This document shows positions 19,240 to 28,600 of a DNA stretch of 57,470 bases, one piece after another. Source of the stretch: an uncultured Rikenellaceae bacterium (lineage in GTDB: Bacteria > Bacteroidota > Bacteroidia > Bacteroidales > VadinHA17); contig CAYLYN010000005.1 in NCBI GenBank assembly GCA_964387565.1, positions 1-57,470 of the forward strand, written 5' to 3'. Position numbers and translations under genes: made by a program. Position 1 is the stretch's first letter, and each line of letters begins with the position of its first letter. Below the pieces are notes generated by a model. It had not been told where the DNA came from and searched no databases. It was given only the letters and a program-made list of their open reading frames with translations.

Positions 19240-20016
19240 TCATAATGTAACTGCAATAACGTGCATAACACTCCTGCTGTTGTAATTATCACTCCCCTTA
19301 AGATCGAAATTCCAGGTCCACTGTTCCCTGTTGCTTCCTGATGGTAATTCGGTTACAAGGGTAGGAATCTTTTTGACAACACCTGACCGCTGTGAGATAA
19401 CCTCCTCGAAGTCAGTAATCAGTACTGATCTGTGCTTTGATAAAAACCTGATATGACTCTCCTGTATTGCTATTCTGAACAGGAACATCTCATCATCGCT
19501 GACTACTGTTTTTTTCCTGAGATATCTTACAGGCAATACCTCAAGCTGCGTTATGAGGTTCAGTGAAATTATCATTCCGGGATCACTTTCCGGGATATAA
19601 TCAGGGATTTTAATTCCTTCAAGACTATCGGTTTTCCTGAAAAAGATCTTGCTCCTGATTTTTTTCTCTACTTGTTCTACCAGTCCCCCGGTAAGATCAC
19701 TTTCAATAAGTTCCACATTTGCTATCGCTCCGGCCTGCTTTATCACATCAGGCGGATGAATGATGTCGATGAGTGATATCTTCGCCGTTCTTTCAAGCAT
19801 TTCTGCTATGGGAAGCTCAAGAAGCCATCCGCTTCCAAGAACTGTCACTTTTTCAGGTTTAAAAATATCCATAGCCCTGATGATATAGCTTCTGCACTTT
19901 TCAAGATGGCTGTCCCATCCGGATTCCTGATGGAGGTGACGGTAAATAAGGCCGCTCTGGTAATCGTAGTAACCCATGCGGTTTAAGATTCGCCGGTATG
20001 ATTCGGAATAAGCCAC
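19240..20016 (-). CDS. Uncharacterised Rossmann-fold protein resembling a class I SAM-methyltransferase
   Basis: VTVLGSGWLLELP resembles motif I, ISLIDIIHPPD is an acidic beta2 end, and MIISLNLITQL is also present. Its GTG start shares 1 nt with the upstream stop (TAGTG). The function is not recognisable by eye. Confidence 0.45.
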   Translation of the reverse strand: MAYSESYRRILNRMGYYDYQSGLIYRHLHQESGWDSHLEKCRSYIIRAMDIFKPEKVTVLGSGWLLELPIAEMLERTAKISLIDIIHPPDVIKQAGAIANVELIESDLTGGLVEQVEKKIRSKIFFRKTDSLEGIKIPDYIPESDPGMIISLNLITQLEVLPVRYLRKKTVVSDDEMFLFRIAIQESHIRFLSKHRSVLITDFEEVISQRSGVVKKIPTLVTELPSGSNREQWTWNFDLKGSDNYNSRSVMHVIAVTL

Positions 20017-20759
20017 TAAGTTGTCGATTGATTTCTCATTTTATCCAGAGTCTCCTTCATAAGGTCAGCAAATTTCCGGGCAAGCTCATCAGGGTTATCT
20101 GTTCCAAAATTATCAGGAGGAACGGGATCGAGGACCTTAAGCTTTACATCATGACCTGTCCCGAAAATCAGACCATGCTTGGGCAGAATACCTCCCGTCC
20201 CGTCCAGAACAACAGGCAATATTGGTACATTTGCCTCTATTGCCAGCTGGAAAGCTCCTCTTTTAAAAAATCCTAACTCCCCGTTAAGTGAGCGTGTACC
20301 CTCAGGAAATATCATAATGGATATGCCGTTTCTCAGACATCGAAGTGAATTTTCAAGCATCTCTATCTTGCTCTCCTCGTTACCTCTGTCAACACTTATA
20401 TAATCAGCCATGCTCAGATACCATCCCAGGAAGGGAACCTTATGATTCTCAATTTTGGAAATCCACTTATAATTATAACCCAGACTGTTCATATACAGGA
20501 TATCGAGGATCGACTGATGATTTGAAATTATAACATAGGTCGCTCCTCTGACAGCCTTTTCTTTTCCTTCAGTACTATAGCTTCTTACAGGGATCAGGCT
20601 CTTATAAACATGGCTTTGCAATATCAGTATCCTGTGCATGACTACCCTGTTCTTGTCGAAAGGCAGTGTAAACAGCCAGATTAAAAAACTAATTGAGAAG
20701 AAAATGATAAGTAAGCTAACTCCTCCTGCCCAAACTAATGCCGATCTTATAAAATCCAT
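20016..20759 (-). CDS. Lysophospholipid (1-acyl-sn-glycerol-3-phosphate-type) acyltransferase, PlsC family
   Basis: Has an N-terminal TM helix, the HX4D motif NHQSILD, and FPEGTRS. Confidence 0.8.
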   Translation of the reverse strand: MDFIRSALVWAGGVSLLIIFFSISFLIWLFTLPFDKNRVVMHRILILQSHVYKSLIPVRSYSTEGKEKAVRGATYVIISNHQSILDILYMNSLGYNYKWISKIENHKVPFLGWYLSMADYISVDRGNEESKIEMLENSLRCLRNGISIMIFPEGTRSLNGELGFFKRGAFQLAIEANVPILPVVLDGTGGILPKHGLIFGTGHDVKLKVLDPVPPDNFGTDNPDELARKFADLMKETLDKMRNQSTT

Positions 20760-20778
20760 AACTCCCGTTCATATAAAC

Positions 20779-21723
20779 TTAAAAGAAATCAAAAACATTA
20801 ATCTCTGTTACACTTTCCTTTTCGAAAAACTCCTGCATATCTTCAGGCATATGCCTGGTACCCTCAAGCTTTGAAGAGATCTCTTCAAGAATTTTGTTTC
20901 CGTCAAGAGAACATTTTTTTATGACACCCCCTGTGACATCAAGCCTGCAGCTTATTGTAACTGCCTGATAATCAAAATGTTTAACGTATTGATAATCAGG
21001 ACCATAACCATAATTCCATTCCCATTTTCTGAATTTTGACTCCGCAAGTAATTCAATTTCCCTCTTGTAAGCATCAGGCAGCTGAAATTTAGTAACACCC
21101 GGGTAGTTCCGTACAAAAAAATCGATCATTAACTCTCTGAATTCAATAATATCCTTTACAGTAGGCAGAAGCCGGTCAAGGTTTGTTACAGAGGAAGGAT
21201 TTGATTCAACAGCCCGTGTTTTATAGGATGAGGTTTCTTTTCTTAATGAATTTCCAAGCAAATACATATCTGTACTGAAGAGCAGTGTTCCATGATGAAG
21301 AACCCTGTTCCTGTGGACATGTTCCGCATTTCCTGATATCTTCAGTCCATTTACCTTTATATCGTTTTTGCCTTCAAATTTTGCCTCAATGCCGAGTGTA
21401 ACGAGAAATTCAATCACCGGTTCTGTATATTTCCTGAAATCGGCCTGCTTACCCGGACTACTGTTCATGATAAAGGTGAAATTAAGATTTCCCATATCAT
21501 GAAATACTGTTCCACCACCAGTAATTCTTCTGATGACAGGAATATTATTTTTCACAACAAATTCAGTATTTACCTCACGGTGAGGCGACTGATGCTTTCC
21601 TGTTATTACTGAAGGTGAATTTATTGCTAATATCAGATACTCATCGCAGGTGTTCCTGAGAAGATACTCTTCTGCTGCAAGATAAAAATAAGGGTCAGAA
21701 GTCTGAAGTGAGATATAATGCAT
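20779..21723 (-). CDS. lplA: Lipoate-protein ligase A
   Basis: Contains RRITGGGTVFHDMGNLNFTF and NGLKISGNAEH, at about 314 aa. Confidence 0.8.
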   Translation of the reverse strand: MHYISLQTSDPYFYLAAEEYLLRNTCDEYLILAINSPSVITGKHQSPHREVNTEFVVKNNIPVIRRITGGGTVFHDMGNLNFTFIMNSSPGKQADFRKYTEPVIEFLVTLGIEAKFEGKNDIKVNGLKISGNAEHVHRNRVLHHGTLLFSTDMYLLGNSLRKETSSYKTRAVESNPSSVTNLDRLLPTVKDIIEFRELMIDFFVRNYPGVTKFQLPDAYKREIELLAESKFRKWEWNYGYGPDYQYVKHFDYQAVTISCRLDVTGGVIKKCSLDGNKILEEISSKLEGTRHMPEDMQEFFEKESVTEINVFDFF

Positions 21724-21729
21724 TTTTAT

Positions 21730-22302
21730 TCAGCTAAAGAATGCTTTCTTCTGCAGGATGCTATTATCAGTCCAGGTATAAAGCCTGTAAATACCCCATC
21801 CAATTAATGCACCCAGTATTGAACCACAAAGAACATCACCAGGATAATGCACTCCTAGGTATATCCTGCTGTATCCTACAATAAGCGCCCACAAAATAAT
21901 TGTAACTGTAAACCACCTCCTCCTTATAAAAAGAAGACTGAACAGGGCAACATAGAAGGAGTTGGTGGCATGTGATGATACAAATCCGTATAATCCGCCA
22001 CATTCACCCCTTACCAGGTGAACAAGCCCTTCAAGAGCAGGTTCGTGACATGGCCTGAGCCTTTGAAATACATTCTTGAAAAGATGAACCGAGGTCTGAT
22101 CAGCCAGGGTGATTCCAAGTATGATGAAGAGAAAAATTACGAGGAACCTTCTTTTATATTTCATTCCCAGGTAGACCATTATGGCAAGGTACAGGGGGAT
22201 CCAGATAAATTTCCCGCTTATTGCGTACATCACCTGATCCCAGAATGGTGAATTTATGGAATTAAGGTATAACAAAAGCTGCTGATCCAACCTGATTATC
22301 AT
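21730..22302 (-). CDS. PAP2-family membrane phosphatase (undecaprenyl-diphosphate/phosphatidate phosphatase-like)
   Basis: The three PAP2 motifs are present: FQRLRPCH, VSSHATNSF and SRIYLGVHYPGDV. Confidence 0.8.
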   Translation of the reverse strand: MIIRLDQQLLLYLNSINSPFWDQVMYAISGKFIWIPLYLAIMVYLGMKYKRRFLVIFLFIILGITLADQTSVHLFKNVFQRLRPCHEPALEGLVHLVRGECGGLYGFVSSHATNSFYVALFSLLFIRRRWFTVTIILWALIVGYSRIYLGVHYPGDVLCGSILGALIGWGIYRLYTWTDNSILQKKAFFS

Positions 22303-22313
22303 ATATTCCTGGT

Positions 22314-23303
22314 TTAATGATTGAGTATACTCCAGATCATATCCTTGAGATTAGTTATTCCATATCCTGTAACCGATGAGACAAAAACCCTGGGAATATC
22401 AGGAAGATCTTTCCGGATCTCATTCATCAGCTCATCATCGAGCATATCTGATTTTGTTATCGCAAGAAGCCTTTTTTTATCAAGCAATTCGGGATTATAT
22501 TCTTTAAGCTCGTTAATAAGGATATCAAATTCTTCTCTTATATTTTTGCTATCGGCAGGTACAATGAAAAGGAGCATTGAATTCCTTTCGATATGTCTCA
22601 GGAATCTTATACCAAGTCCTTTTCCCTCATGAGCTCCTTCGATAATCCCCGGTATATCTGCCATTACAAAGGACTTATCGTCTCTGTAGCTTACAATTCC
22701 AAGATTTGGAACCAGTGTGGTAAAAGGATAGTCTGCAATTTTTGGTTTTGCTGCTGAAACCACCGACAGGAGTGTTGATTTTCCGGCATTCGGGAAACCA
22801 ACCAGTCCAACATCTGCCAGTATTTTAAGCTCAAGAATAAATTCATCCTCAACTCCTGGTTCGCCAGGTTGTGCATACCTTGGTGTCTGGTGAGTTGCGG
22901 ATTTGAAATGAACGTTGCCCTGACCACCCCTTCCTCCTTTTGCAATTATCTTTTTCTCACCATGTCCGGTAATTTCAAAAATAAGATCTCCCGTTGATGC
23001 GTTTTTTGCAATCGTCCCCAGAGGTACCTGAACAATAACATCTTTACCATCTGCTCCTGTTGATTGCTGTTTGCCGCCATTTCCCCCGTCTCCGGCGAAA
23101 ATATGCCGCTGGTATTTAAGGTGCAGAAGGGTCCACATCTGGTCATTTCCTTCCAGTATTATATGTCCGCCCCGGCCTCCGTCTCCACCATCAGGTCCGC
23201 CCTTTGGTTCAAACTTCTCTCTCCTGAAATGTGCCGATCCTCCACCTCCTTTACCTGAGCGGCAATAGATCTTTACATAATCGACAAAGTTTGACTGGGT
23301 CAT
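22314..23303 (-). CDS. obg: GTPase Obg/CgtA
   Basis: Shows the Obg fold [26 protein letters not shown] and Gly-rich repeats. G1 is GFPNAGKST and G3 is DIPGIIEGA. Confidence 0.92.
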   Translation of the reverse strand: MTQSNFVDYVKIYCRSGKGGGGSAHFRREKFEPKGGPDGGDGGRGGHIILEGNDQMWTLLHLKYQRHIFAGDGGNGGKQQSTGADGKDVIVQVPLGTIAKNASTGDLIFEITGHGEKKIIAKGGRGGQGNVHFKSATHQTPRYAQPGEPGVEDEFILELKILADVGLVGFPNAGKSTLLSVVSAAKPKIADYPFTTLVPNLGIVSYRDDKSFVMADIPGIIEGAHEGKGLGIRFLRHIERNSMLLFIVPADSKNIREEFDILINELKEYNPELLDKKRLLAITKSDMLDDELMNEIRKDLPDIPRVFVSSVTGYGITNLKDMIWSILNH

Positions 23304-23460
23304 GGATGGATAGTTATTTTATTATAACCGGTTATTTGAGGGATTGAATGAGTGAGGGGGGAGGGGAAACTTATACCATTATCTTTTGCATTTTAACATA
23401 ACTTAGGTTGACGGTTATGGTGTGAGGGGTAGATAGTTTTATTCTCTCCCATTCTGCCCA

Positions 23461-24036
23461 TCATACTATCTTCGCCATCAGTCCCGAAAGTCTCAGGAAT
23501 ATATCATCAATGCTTCCAACGCCATTAACCGGTTGATACAGTCCTTTTTTCCTGCAATAATCAATAATCGGTTCTGTCTTATCCCTGTAAACATCAATCC
23601 TGTTTTCGATCACCGAAGGATCCTTGTCATCAGGTCTGCCTGAGAGCTCGGCACGGGCTATAAGTCTCTTTACGAGTTCATCATGGTCCACTTCCAGAAC
23701 AAGCATGCTGTCGATCTTCATACCGCGGTCATTCAGCATCTTCTCAAGAGCAACGGTCTGGGCAACAGTACGGGGGAATCCGTCAAACAGGAATCCAGCC
23801 TTGTCCTTTGTACTGTCTATCTTTACCGCAATCATTTCAATTACTACCTCATCAGGTACAAGTTCACCTTTCGACATTATCTGGCTCATTTTTAAACCCA
23901 GTTCTGTGCCTGAAGCAATTTCAGCACGAAGCATATCTCCAGTTGAGAGATGAAGAAGATTGAATTTCTCAGCCAGCATTACTGACTGAGTTCCCTTGCC
24001 TGAGCCCGGAGGGCCGAAAATCAGAAAATTAACCAT
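23461..24036 (-). CDS. adk: Adenylate kinase
   Basis: Contains IFGPPGSGKGTQS and GFLFDGFPRT, at 191 aa. Confidence 0.92.
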   Translation of the reverse strand: MVNFLIFGPPGSGKGTQSVMLAEKFNLLHLSTGDMLRAEIASGTELGLKMSQIMSKGELVPDEVVIEMIAVKIDSTKDKAGFLFDGFPRTVAQTVALEKMLNDRGMKIDSMLVLEVDHDELVKRLIARAELSGRPDDKDPSVIENRIDVYRDKTEPIIDYCRKKGLYQPVNGVGSIDDIFLRLSGLMAKIV

Positions 24037-24061
24037 AAAATAATGTAAATTTAAATATTGT

Positions 24062-24613
24062 TTAATGTATTAGAGAATAGACCGAGGGTAAATTACGTCC
24101 ATAACCGTCATAATCAAGACCATAACCCACTACAAAATCATTAGGTATTTCAAATCCGATGTAGTCAAGATGTATGTTCCTTTTGTAGGCATCCGGTTTG
24201 TAAAGCAGCGTAGCAATCTTAATCTCATAAGCTTTACGGATAATCAGCTCATCAACAATTCTTTCCAGTGTGTTACCCGTATCTACGATATCTTCAATAA
24301 CAACAATTGTTTTGTTTTTGATATCTTCATTCCATCCTATCAGTTCCTTTATTACACCCTGAGAAGTTGTACCATGATAGGAAGCAAGCTTAATAAATGA
24401 AATTCGGGCTTCCAGGCTGAGTCGCCTGAAAAGGTCAGCAGCAAATAAGAATGCCCCGTTAAGTATTCCCAGGAAGACAACATCCTTGTTCAGCAGGTCC
24501 TTATTCATCTGGTCAGCCAGTTCAGCTATCCTCTTCCCTATAGCTTCCTCGGTGATCATTTCCCTGAAATTTTTGTCGAGGATACGGATTTCCTTCATGA
24601 TGAAAGGTTTCAA
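24062..24613 (-). CDS. hpt: Hypoxanthine phosphoribosyltransferase
   Basis: Has the PRPP loop VVIEDIVDTGNTL and GFEIPNDFVVGYGLDY. The start may instead be the ATG at 24598 (MKEIRILDKNF). Confidence 0.88.
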   Translation of the reverse strand: MKPFIMKEIRILDKNFREMITEEAIGKRIAELADQMNKDLLNKDVVFLGILNGAFLFAADLFRRLSLEARISFIKLASYHGTTSQGVIKELIGWNEDIKNKTIVVIEDIVDTGNTLERIVDELIIRKAYEIKIATLLYKPDAYKRNIHLDYIGFEIPNDFVVGYGLDYDGYGRNLPSVYSLIH

Positions 24614-24647
24614 TTATTGACGCTGCGAAAATATAAAAATAATAGCT

Positions 24648-24655
24648 TATTTTTG
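24648..24655 (+). promoter_or_regulatory. Candidate Bacteroides-type -7 promoter box for purE
   Basis: tatttttg matches TAnnTTTG and lies 34 nt upstream of the purE ATG. I saw no convincing -33 TTTG at canonical spacing. Confidence 0.3.
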
Positions 24656-24688
24656 CCCTGATCAGTAAGTTAAATTAATTAAAATCAT

Positions 24689-25195
24689 ATGAAACCTGTA
24701 GTTAGTATCATAATGGGAAGTACTTCAGACTTGCCGGTAATGGAAAAAGCAGCAGAGGTATTAAACACATTCAAAATTCCTTTTGAAATAAATGCCCTTT
24801 CGGCTCACAGGACTCCCGGAGAGGTTGAGAAGTTTGCCAAAGAAGCAGCTGGCAGAGGAATTAAGGTAATAATTGCAGCTGCAGGTATGGCAGCCCATCT
24901 GCCGGGAGTAATTGCATCTATGACACCACTGCCGGTTATTGGTGTCCCGATAAAAGCCTCACTTGAAGGACTGGATGCACTTCTTGCAATTGTCCAGATG
25001 CCTCCCGGAATACCGGTTGCCACCGTAGGGATAAATGCAGCCCAGAATGCAGGGATACTTGCTGCTCAGATGATAGCAGCCGGTGATGTTACTGTTATGT
25101 CGGAGGTGATCAAACACAAGGAGTCGCTCAAAAAGAAAATAGTAGAGGCGAATGAAGAGCTTAAGGCAGTTAAGTTCCAGTATAAAACAAATTAA
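24689..25195 (+). CDS. purE: N5-carboxyaminoimidazole ribonucleotide mutase
   Basis: Contains [20 protein letters not shown] and GVPI, at 168 aa. Confidence 0.92.
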   Translation: MKPVVSIIMGSTSDLPVMEKAAEVLNTFKIPFEINALSAHRTPGEVEKFAKEAAGRGIKVIIAAAGMAAHLPGVIASMTPLPVIGVPIKASLEGLDALLAIVQMPPGIPVATVGINAAQNAGILAAQMIAAGDVTVMSEVIKHKESLKKKIVEANEELKAVKFQYKTN

Positions 25196-25231
25196 ATTTC
25201 CCCGGATATTAAATAGCAATAACAGTTCCGG

Positions 25232-27175
25232 TTATTTCAGTTTATACTTACAAATTAATACTGTCATTGGGTCAACAGAAATGTAGCCTGTTGATTCGCT
25301 TTCAGTTTTCCTTATATCAACATTTCGTTCCTGTCCCGGCTCATTAAATGACATCGGATCAGGATTGGAGACCATATAACAATCATCCGCTCCTGTTATC
25401 TTTCCGTTCAGGCATTCAATGTTAAAATCATGACTCAGGGAGTCACAATTGACAACTCCTATTGTCAGCAGGTTATTAACTGTATCTATTGCAGCAGAGA
25501 TGTCAAGTTGTCCGTTATACCCCTGTAATTCAACCGGTTTATGTCCGAAATGTTCCCTGTATAATTTCAATACGATACCGGTGGTTTCGAACTGAACATC
25601 TTTTTTTGTTGTTTTAATCGCGCCGATAACATTTACTGTCTGTGCATAGTTGGCCATATAGTAGATATCGCTGTTCCTGAAATATTCATGCAAACCTGCT
25701 GCTATGCCCAGGCCGTCACGCCAGAAATAGCGACAACCAAGTTCACCATATATATAATCGCCGTACCAGTAATTCCATTCATCCATGGCAATGCGGATAT
25801 CTTTATTTTCAAGTCCGGGTATTTCGCTGCGATATTTTCTGTGCTCATCAGCAACTCTTTTTATATTATCCCTGATCTGTGAAACATGCGCCTTTACATC
25901 AGGCAGATCCTTACAATAGATATGTTCACTGAGTAAGTCCATATAATCGCTTCCCTCAGCAAGCATTGTTCTGCTCCATTCACCAACAGCTCCTACTCCT
26001 ACCAGCGTTATAAAGGGATCGGCTTTTCTCATTGCTTCAACTACTGAAATATGTTTTTTAACATACTCTTCCAGAGGTATATGACCCAGCTGCCAGTCTC
26101 CGTACATCTCGTTTCCTACTGCCCAGAACTTAACTCCGAAAGGTTCAGAATGTCCATTCTCCGACCTCAGTCTGCCCTGCTCTGTTGTTGCAGATCCATT
26201 TATATATTCAACCTGCCGGGCAATTTCTTCGACAGTTCCCAGGCCTGTATTTACTGCAACATATGGTTCTGTACCCAGGAGCCTGCACAGCTCCATAAAC
26301 TCGTGTATCCCAACATCATTGTGCTCAACACCTGTCCATGCAGGATTTTTACGGGGAGGTCTTTTGTCACGGTCGCCTATACCATCTCTCCAGTTATAAC
26401 CGCTGACAAAGTTACCTCCCGGCCAACGGTAAACAGGTGAGTTCAATTCCTTCAGGTATTCTATCACTTCCCTGTTAAAACCATCAATATTATCACCGGG
26501 CATTAACGAAACCGTTCCTATTCTAAAGGTACCCTTTCCCGTTCCTGTGATCTGAACAGAAGCATTTTCAACCTCCCTGTCAGATGTAAAACTGAATTCG
26601 TAAGTCTTATAATCAGAAGGCATATCTGTAAACTCAGCTATTTCAAACAGAAGAAACTTACCCGAGTATACTGCAATTTTTACTTTCGATGTTTTATTTG
26701 TTGCTGAAAGGACAACCCTCCCTTTATAGTTAAGATCCTTCCTTAAGTATAGCCCCTCCTGGGATATACCTGACGGGTCTTTAACCGATAAAGTTATCTC
26801 GGGTGTATGCTTTCCTGTGAATGGATTTTTCACGGACATCTTTACTCTGTCCTTTTTTCCTATTGTCTTCCAGGGAGATGCCGTCAGGATTTTAAATTCC
26901 CCGGCATTCCAGTACTCATCTGTCCTGATACCCCATGGTTGATACTTATCTGTAACAGGATAATAGAATTTCCTGTCTTCGAGCATTTCTGCCCATATTC
27001 CCCCATAGATACATCTGCCAAGATGTTCAATAAACTGTCCGTATATATAAGGTGAAACAGATTCCCTGCTCTTTGAAAGGTCAATGGTCAGAGTATCATT
27101 GCTCTTTGGCCCGGTACAGGAGTTCAGAATTATTATCATGGAGATGATACCCGAGACTGAGATTACCTTCTTCAT
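25232..27175 (-). CDS. GH51 alpha-L-arabinofuranosidase, lipoprotein or secreted
   Basis: Contains YRWPGGNFVSGYNWRDGIG, WAVGNEMYGDWQ and DEWNYW. I moved the start to the ATG at 27175 (MKKVISVSGIISMIIILNSC signal). The 48-codon extension in the track lacks signal character and would overlap the divergent gene. Confidence 0.85.
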   Translation of the reverse strand: MKKVISVSGIISMIIILNSCTGPKSNDTLTIDLSKSRESVSPYIYGQFIEHLGRCIYGGIWAEMLEDRKFYYPVTDKYQPWGIRTDEYWNAGEFKILTASPWKTIGKKDRVKMSVKNPFTGKHTPEITLSVKDPSGISQEGLYLRKDLNYKGRVVLSATNKTSKVKIAVYSGKFLLFEIAEFTDMPSDYKTYEFSFTSDREVENASVQITGTGKGTFRIGTVSLMPGDNIDGFNREVIEYLKELNSPVYRWPGGNFVSGYNWRDGIGDRDKRPPRKNPAWTGVEHNDVGIHEFMELCRLLGTEPYVAVNTGLGTVEEIARQVEYINGSATTEQGRLRSENGHSEPFGVKFWAVGNEMYGDWQLGHIPLEEYVKKHISVVEAMRKADPFITLVGVGAVGEWSRTMLAEGSDYMDLLSEHIYCKDLPDVKAHVSQIRDNIKRVADEHRKYRSEIPGLENKDIRIAMDEWNYWYGDYIYGELGCRYFWRDGLGIAAGLHEYFRNSDIYYMANYAQTVNVIGAIKTTKKDVQFETTGIVLKLYREHFGHKPVELQGYNGQLDISAAIDTVNNLLTIGVVNCDSLSHDFNIECLNGKITGADDCYMVSNPDPMSFNEPGQERNVDIRKTESESTGYISVDPMTVLICKYKLK

Positions 27176-27260
27176 AACGATGAGATTTTGGCTTTCCGAA
27201 TTAATTTGAAGTACAATATCTGAAATTTTTTTATATCTTAGTTGATATATTCCGAAACAG

Positions 27261-28079
27261 TTGGGCTCGCTGCACAAATTATCTGTTTCTGTTATACTTA
27301 TACTCATCTCTTTAAACACCTCAGGAAGTGATAATTATCATTTATCTGCAGGTGCCGGTGAAGCAGGTGCAGGGAATCTTTTTGTCACGAAAACAGGTTT
27401 CTGGTCAGCATTTCATAACCAGGCGCTCCTTCCACGGAACAATTCATTCCTCTTTGCGATTAATTATGATAACAGATTTAATATCAGCCAGCTAGGAACA
27501 CGAACAGCCGGATTGATCATTCCGTCAGGTAAGACATCATTGGGTTTGGTCTATTCTCATTTCGGATATGCTGATTTCAGACGCAGCATGACAGGTCTTG
27601 CCTGTGGCCTAAGACTTTCTGAAAAGCTTTCAGCAGGAGCCCAGGTGGACTATTTTGCAGAAATTGTTCCGGGTGAATATGATGATATTCATCGTATTAC
27701 AGGAGAGGCTGGACTTATCTATTCAGCCACAGAAACTACTTCAATAGGGATTCATATCTTCAATCCGGTACCGGCTTCCATTAGAAAAAGCAATATGGAG
27801 ACCACACTTAGTGCCGGGGCAGGAACCATGCTTAATAATCTTCTTTTTGCAGGAGCTGAGGCTATAATGAGCACAGGGAGCAATATTAATCTCAAAATGG
27901 GATTTGAATATGAGATGTTAAAGAAATTCTGGCTCAGGAGCGGCTTCAATACAGAGCATAACTCATTCACATTCGGCTTTGGATACTTTGCAAAATTCGT
28001 AAAGATCGACCTTGCCTTTGCGACCCACGAAAAACTGGGTCTTACCTCCTCAGCTTCAATTATTTTCAAAATCCATTAA
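27261..28079 (+). CDS. Outer-membrane beta-barrel protein, possibly in the T9SS-associated PorQ/PorV-like family
   Basis: Uses a TTG start followed by a hydrophobic leader. YHLSAGAGEAGAGN resembles the Y.FL..SAR.AALGG N-terminal motif of PorV/PorQ-type proteins. The rest shows an alternating beta pattern. The specific family call is weak. Confidence 0.45.
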   Translation: MGSLHKLSVSVILILISLNTSGSDNYHLSAGAGEAGAGNLFVTKTGFWSAFHNQALLPRNNSFLFAINYDNRFNISQLGTRTAGLIIPSGKTSLGLVYSHFGYADFRRSMTGLACGLRLSEKLSAGAQVDYFAEIVPGEYDDIHRITGEAGLIYSATETTSIGIHIFNPVPASIRKSNMETTLSAGAGTMLNNLLFAGAEAIMSTGSNINLKMGFEYEMLKKFWLRSGFNTEHNSFTFGFGYFAKFVKIDLAFATHEKLGLTSSASIIFKIH

Positions 28080-28086
28080 ATATTTT

Positions 28087-28105
28087 AACCACAGAGGACA
28101 CAAAG
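28087..28105. repeat. Left inverted repeat flanking the GxxExxY gene
   Basis: aaccacagaggacacaaag. The reverse complement of 28582-28600 is aaacacagaggacacaaag, which matches at 18 of 19 positions. Confidence 0.85.
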
Positions 28106-28152
28106 TTCTAACACAAAGGACACAAAGAAACTTATAAACTAATAATTCGAAT

Positions 28153-28524
28153 ATGGAAGAAAATGAAATTTCTCGAAAGATTATTGGACTATCAATAGAA
28201 GTACATCGAACGCTCGGACCTGGATTACTTGAAAGTGCATATAAGGAATGTCTTTATTTCAAGATGGTTCAGTCAGGGCTTAAAGCTGAAAAGGAGAAAC
28301 CAATTCCTCTGGTTTACGAAGAAGTAAAACTGGATTGCGGATACAGGATTGACATATTAGTTGAAAATAAAGTGGTGATTGAAATTAAAAGCATTGAAGC
28401 ACTCACTGATGTTCATACTGCGCAGATACTCACTTATATGAAACTTGGATGCTTTAAATTGGGATTGCTAATCAATTTCAATGTATTTCTTCTAAAAGAT
28501 GGTATCAGAAGATTTATTATTTAG
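28153..28524 (+). CDS. GxxExxY family protein (PD-(D/E)XK nuclease-like fold)
   Basis: The family-name motif occurs as GPGLLESAYKECL (G-L-L-E-S-A-Y). The core D...EIK appears as RIDILVENKVVIEIKS. The ~123 aa length is typical. Confidence 0.85.
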   Translation: MEENEISRKIIGLSIEVHRTLGPGLLESAYKECLYFKMVQSGLKAEKEKPIPLVYEEVKLDCGYRIDILVENKVVIEIKSIEALTDVHTAQILTYMKLGCFKLGLLINFNVFLLKDGIRRFII

Positions 28525-28581
28525 AATTATTATGATAATTAATCCTTTTAAAAAGATAATCTCTGAGACCTCTGTGCATTC

Positions 28582-28600
28582 CTTTGTGTCCTCTGTGTTT
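28582..28600. repeat. Right inverted repeat flanking the GxxExxY gene
   Basis: ctttgtgtcctctgtgttt is the partner of 28087-28105. It contains the GTG at 28595 that I favour as the start of the downstream gene. Confidence 0.85.

Noticed and set aside
23064-23268. Two + strand ORFs, one of them Pro-rich (PPFPPSP...PPSPPSGPP)
   Set aside because: They are antisense to the Gly-rich Obg fold region of obg, so GGN codons read as NCC.
27176-27319. 48-codon N-terminal extension of the GH51 ORF in the track
   Set aside because: The internal ATG at 27175 gives a canonical lipoprotein-type signal (MKKVISVSGIISMIIILNSC). The extension would overlap the divergent beta-barrel gene start.
28499-28594. The ATG starts at 28499 and 28532 for the HhH/beta-barrel protein
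   Set aside because: They add 32 or 21 residues ahead of the signal peptide and overlap the GxxExxY gene and the right inverted repeat. The in-frame GTG at 28595 gives a normal n-h-c signal. This needs experimental confirmation.
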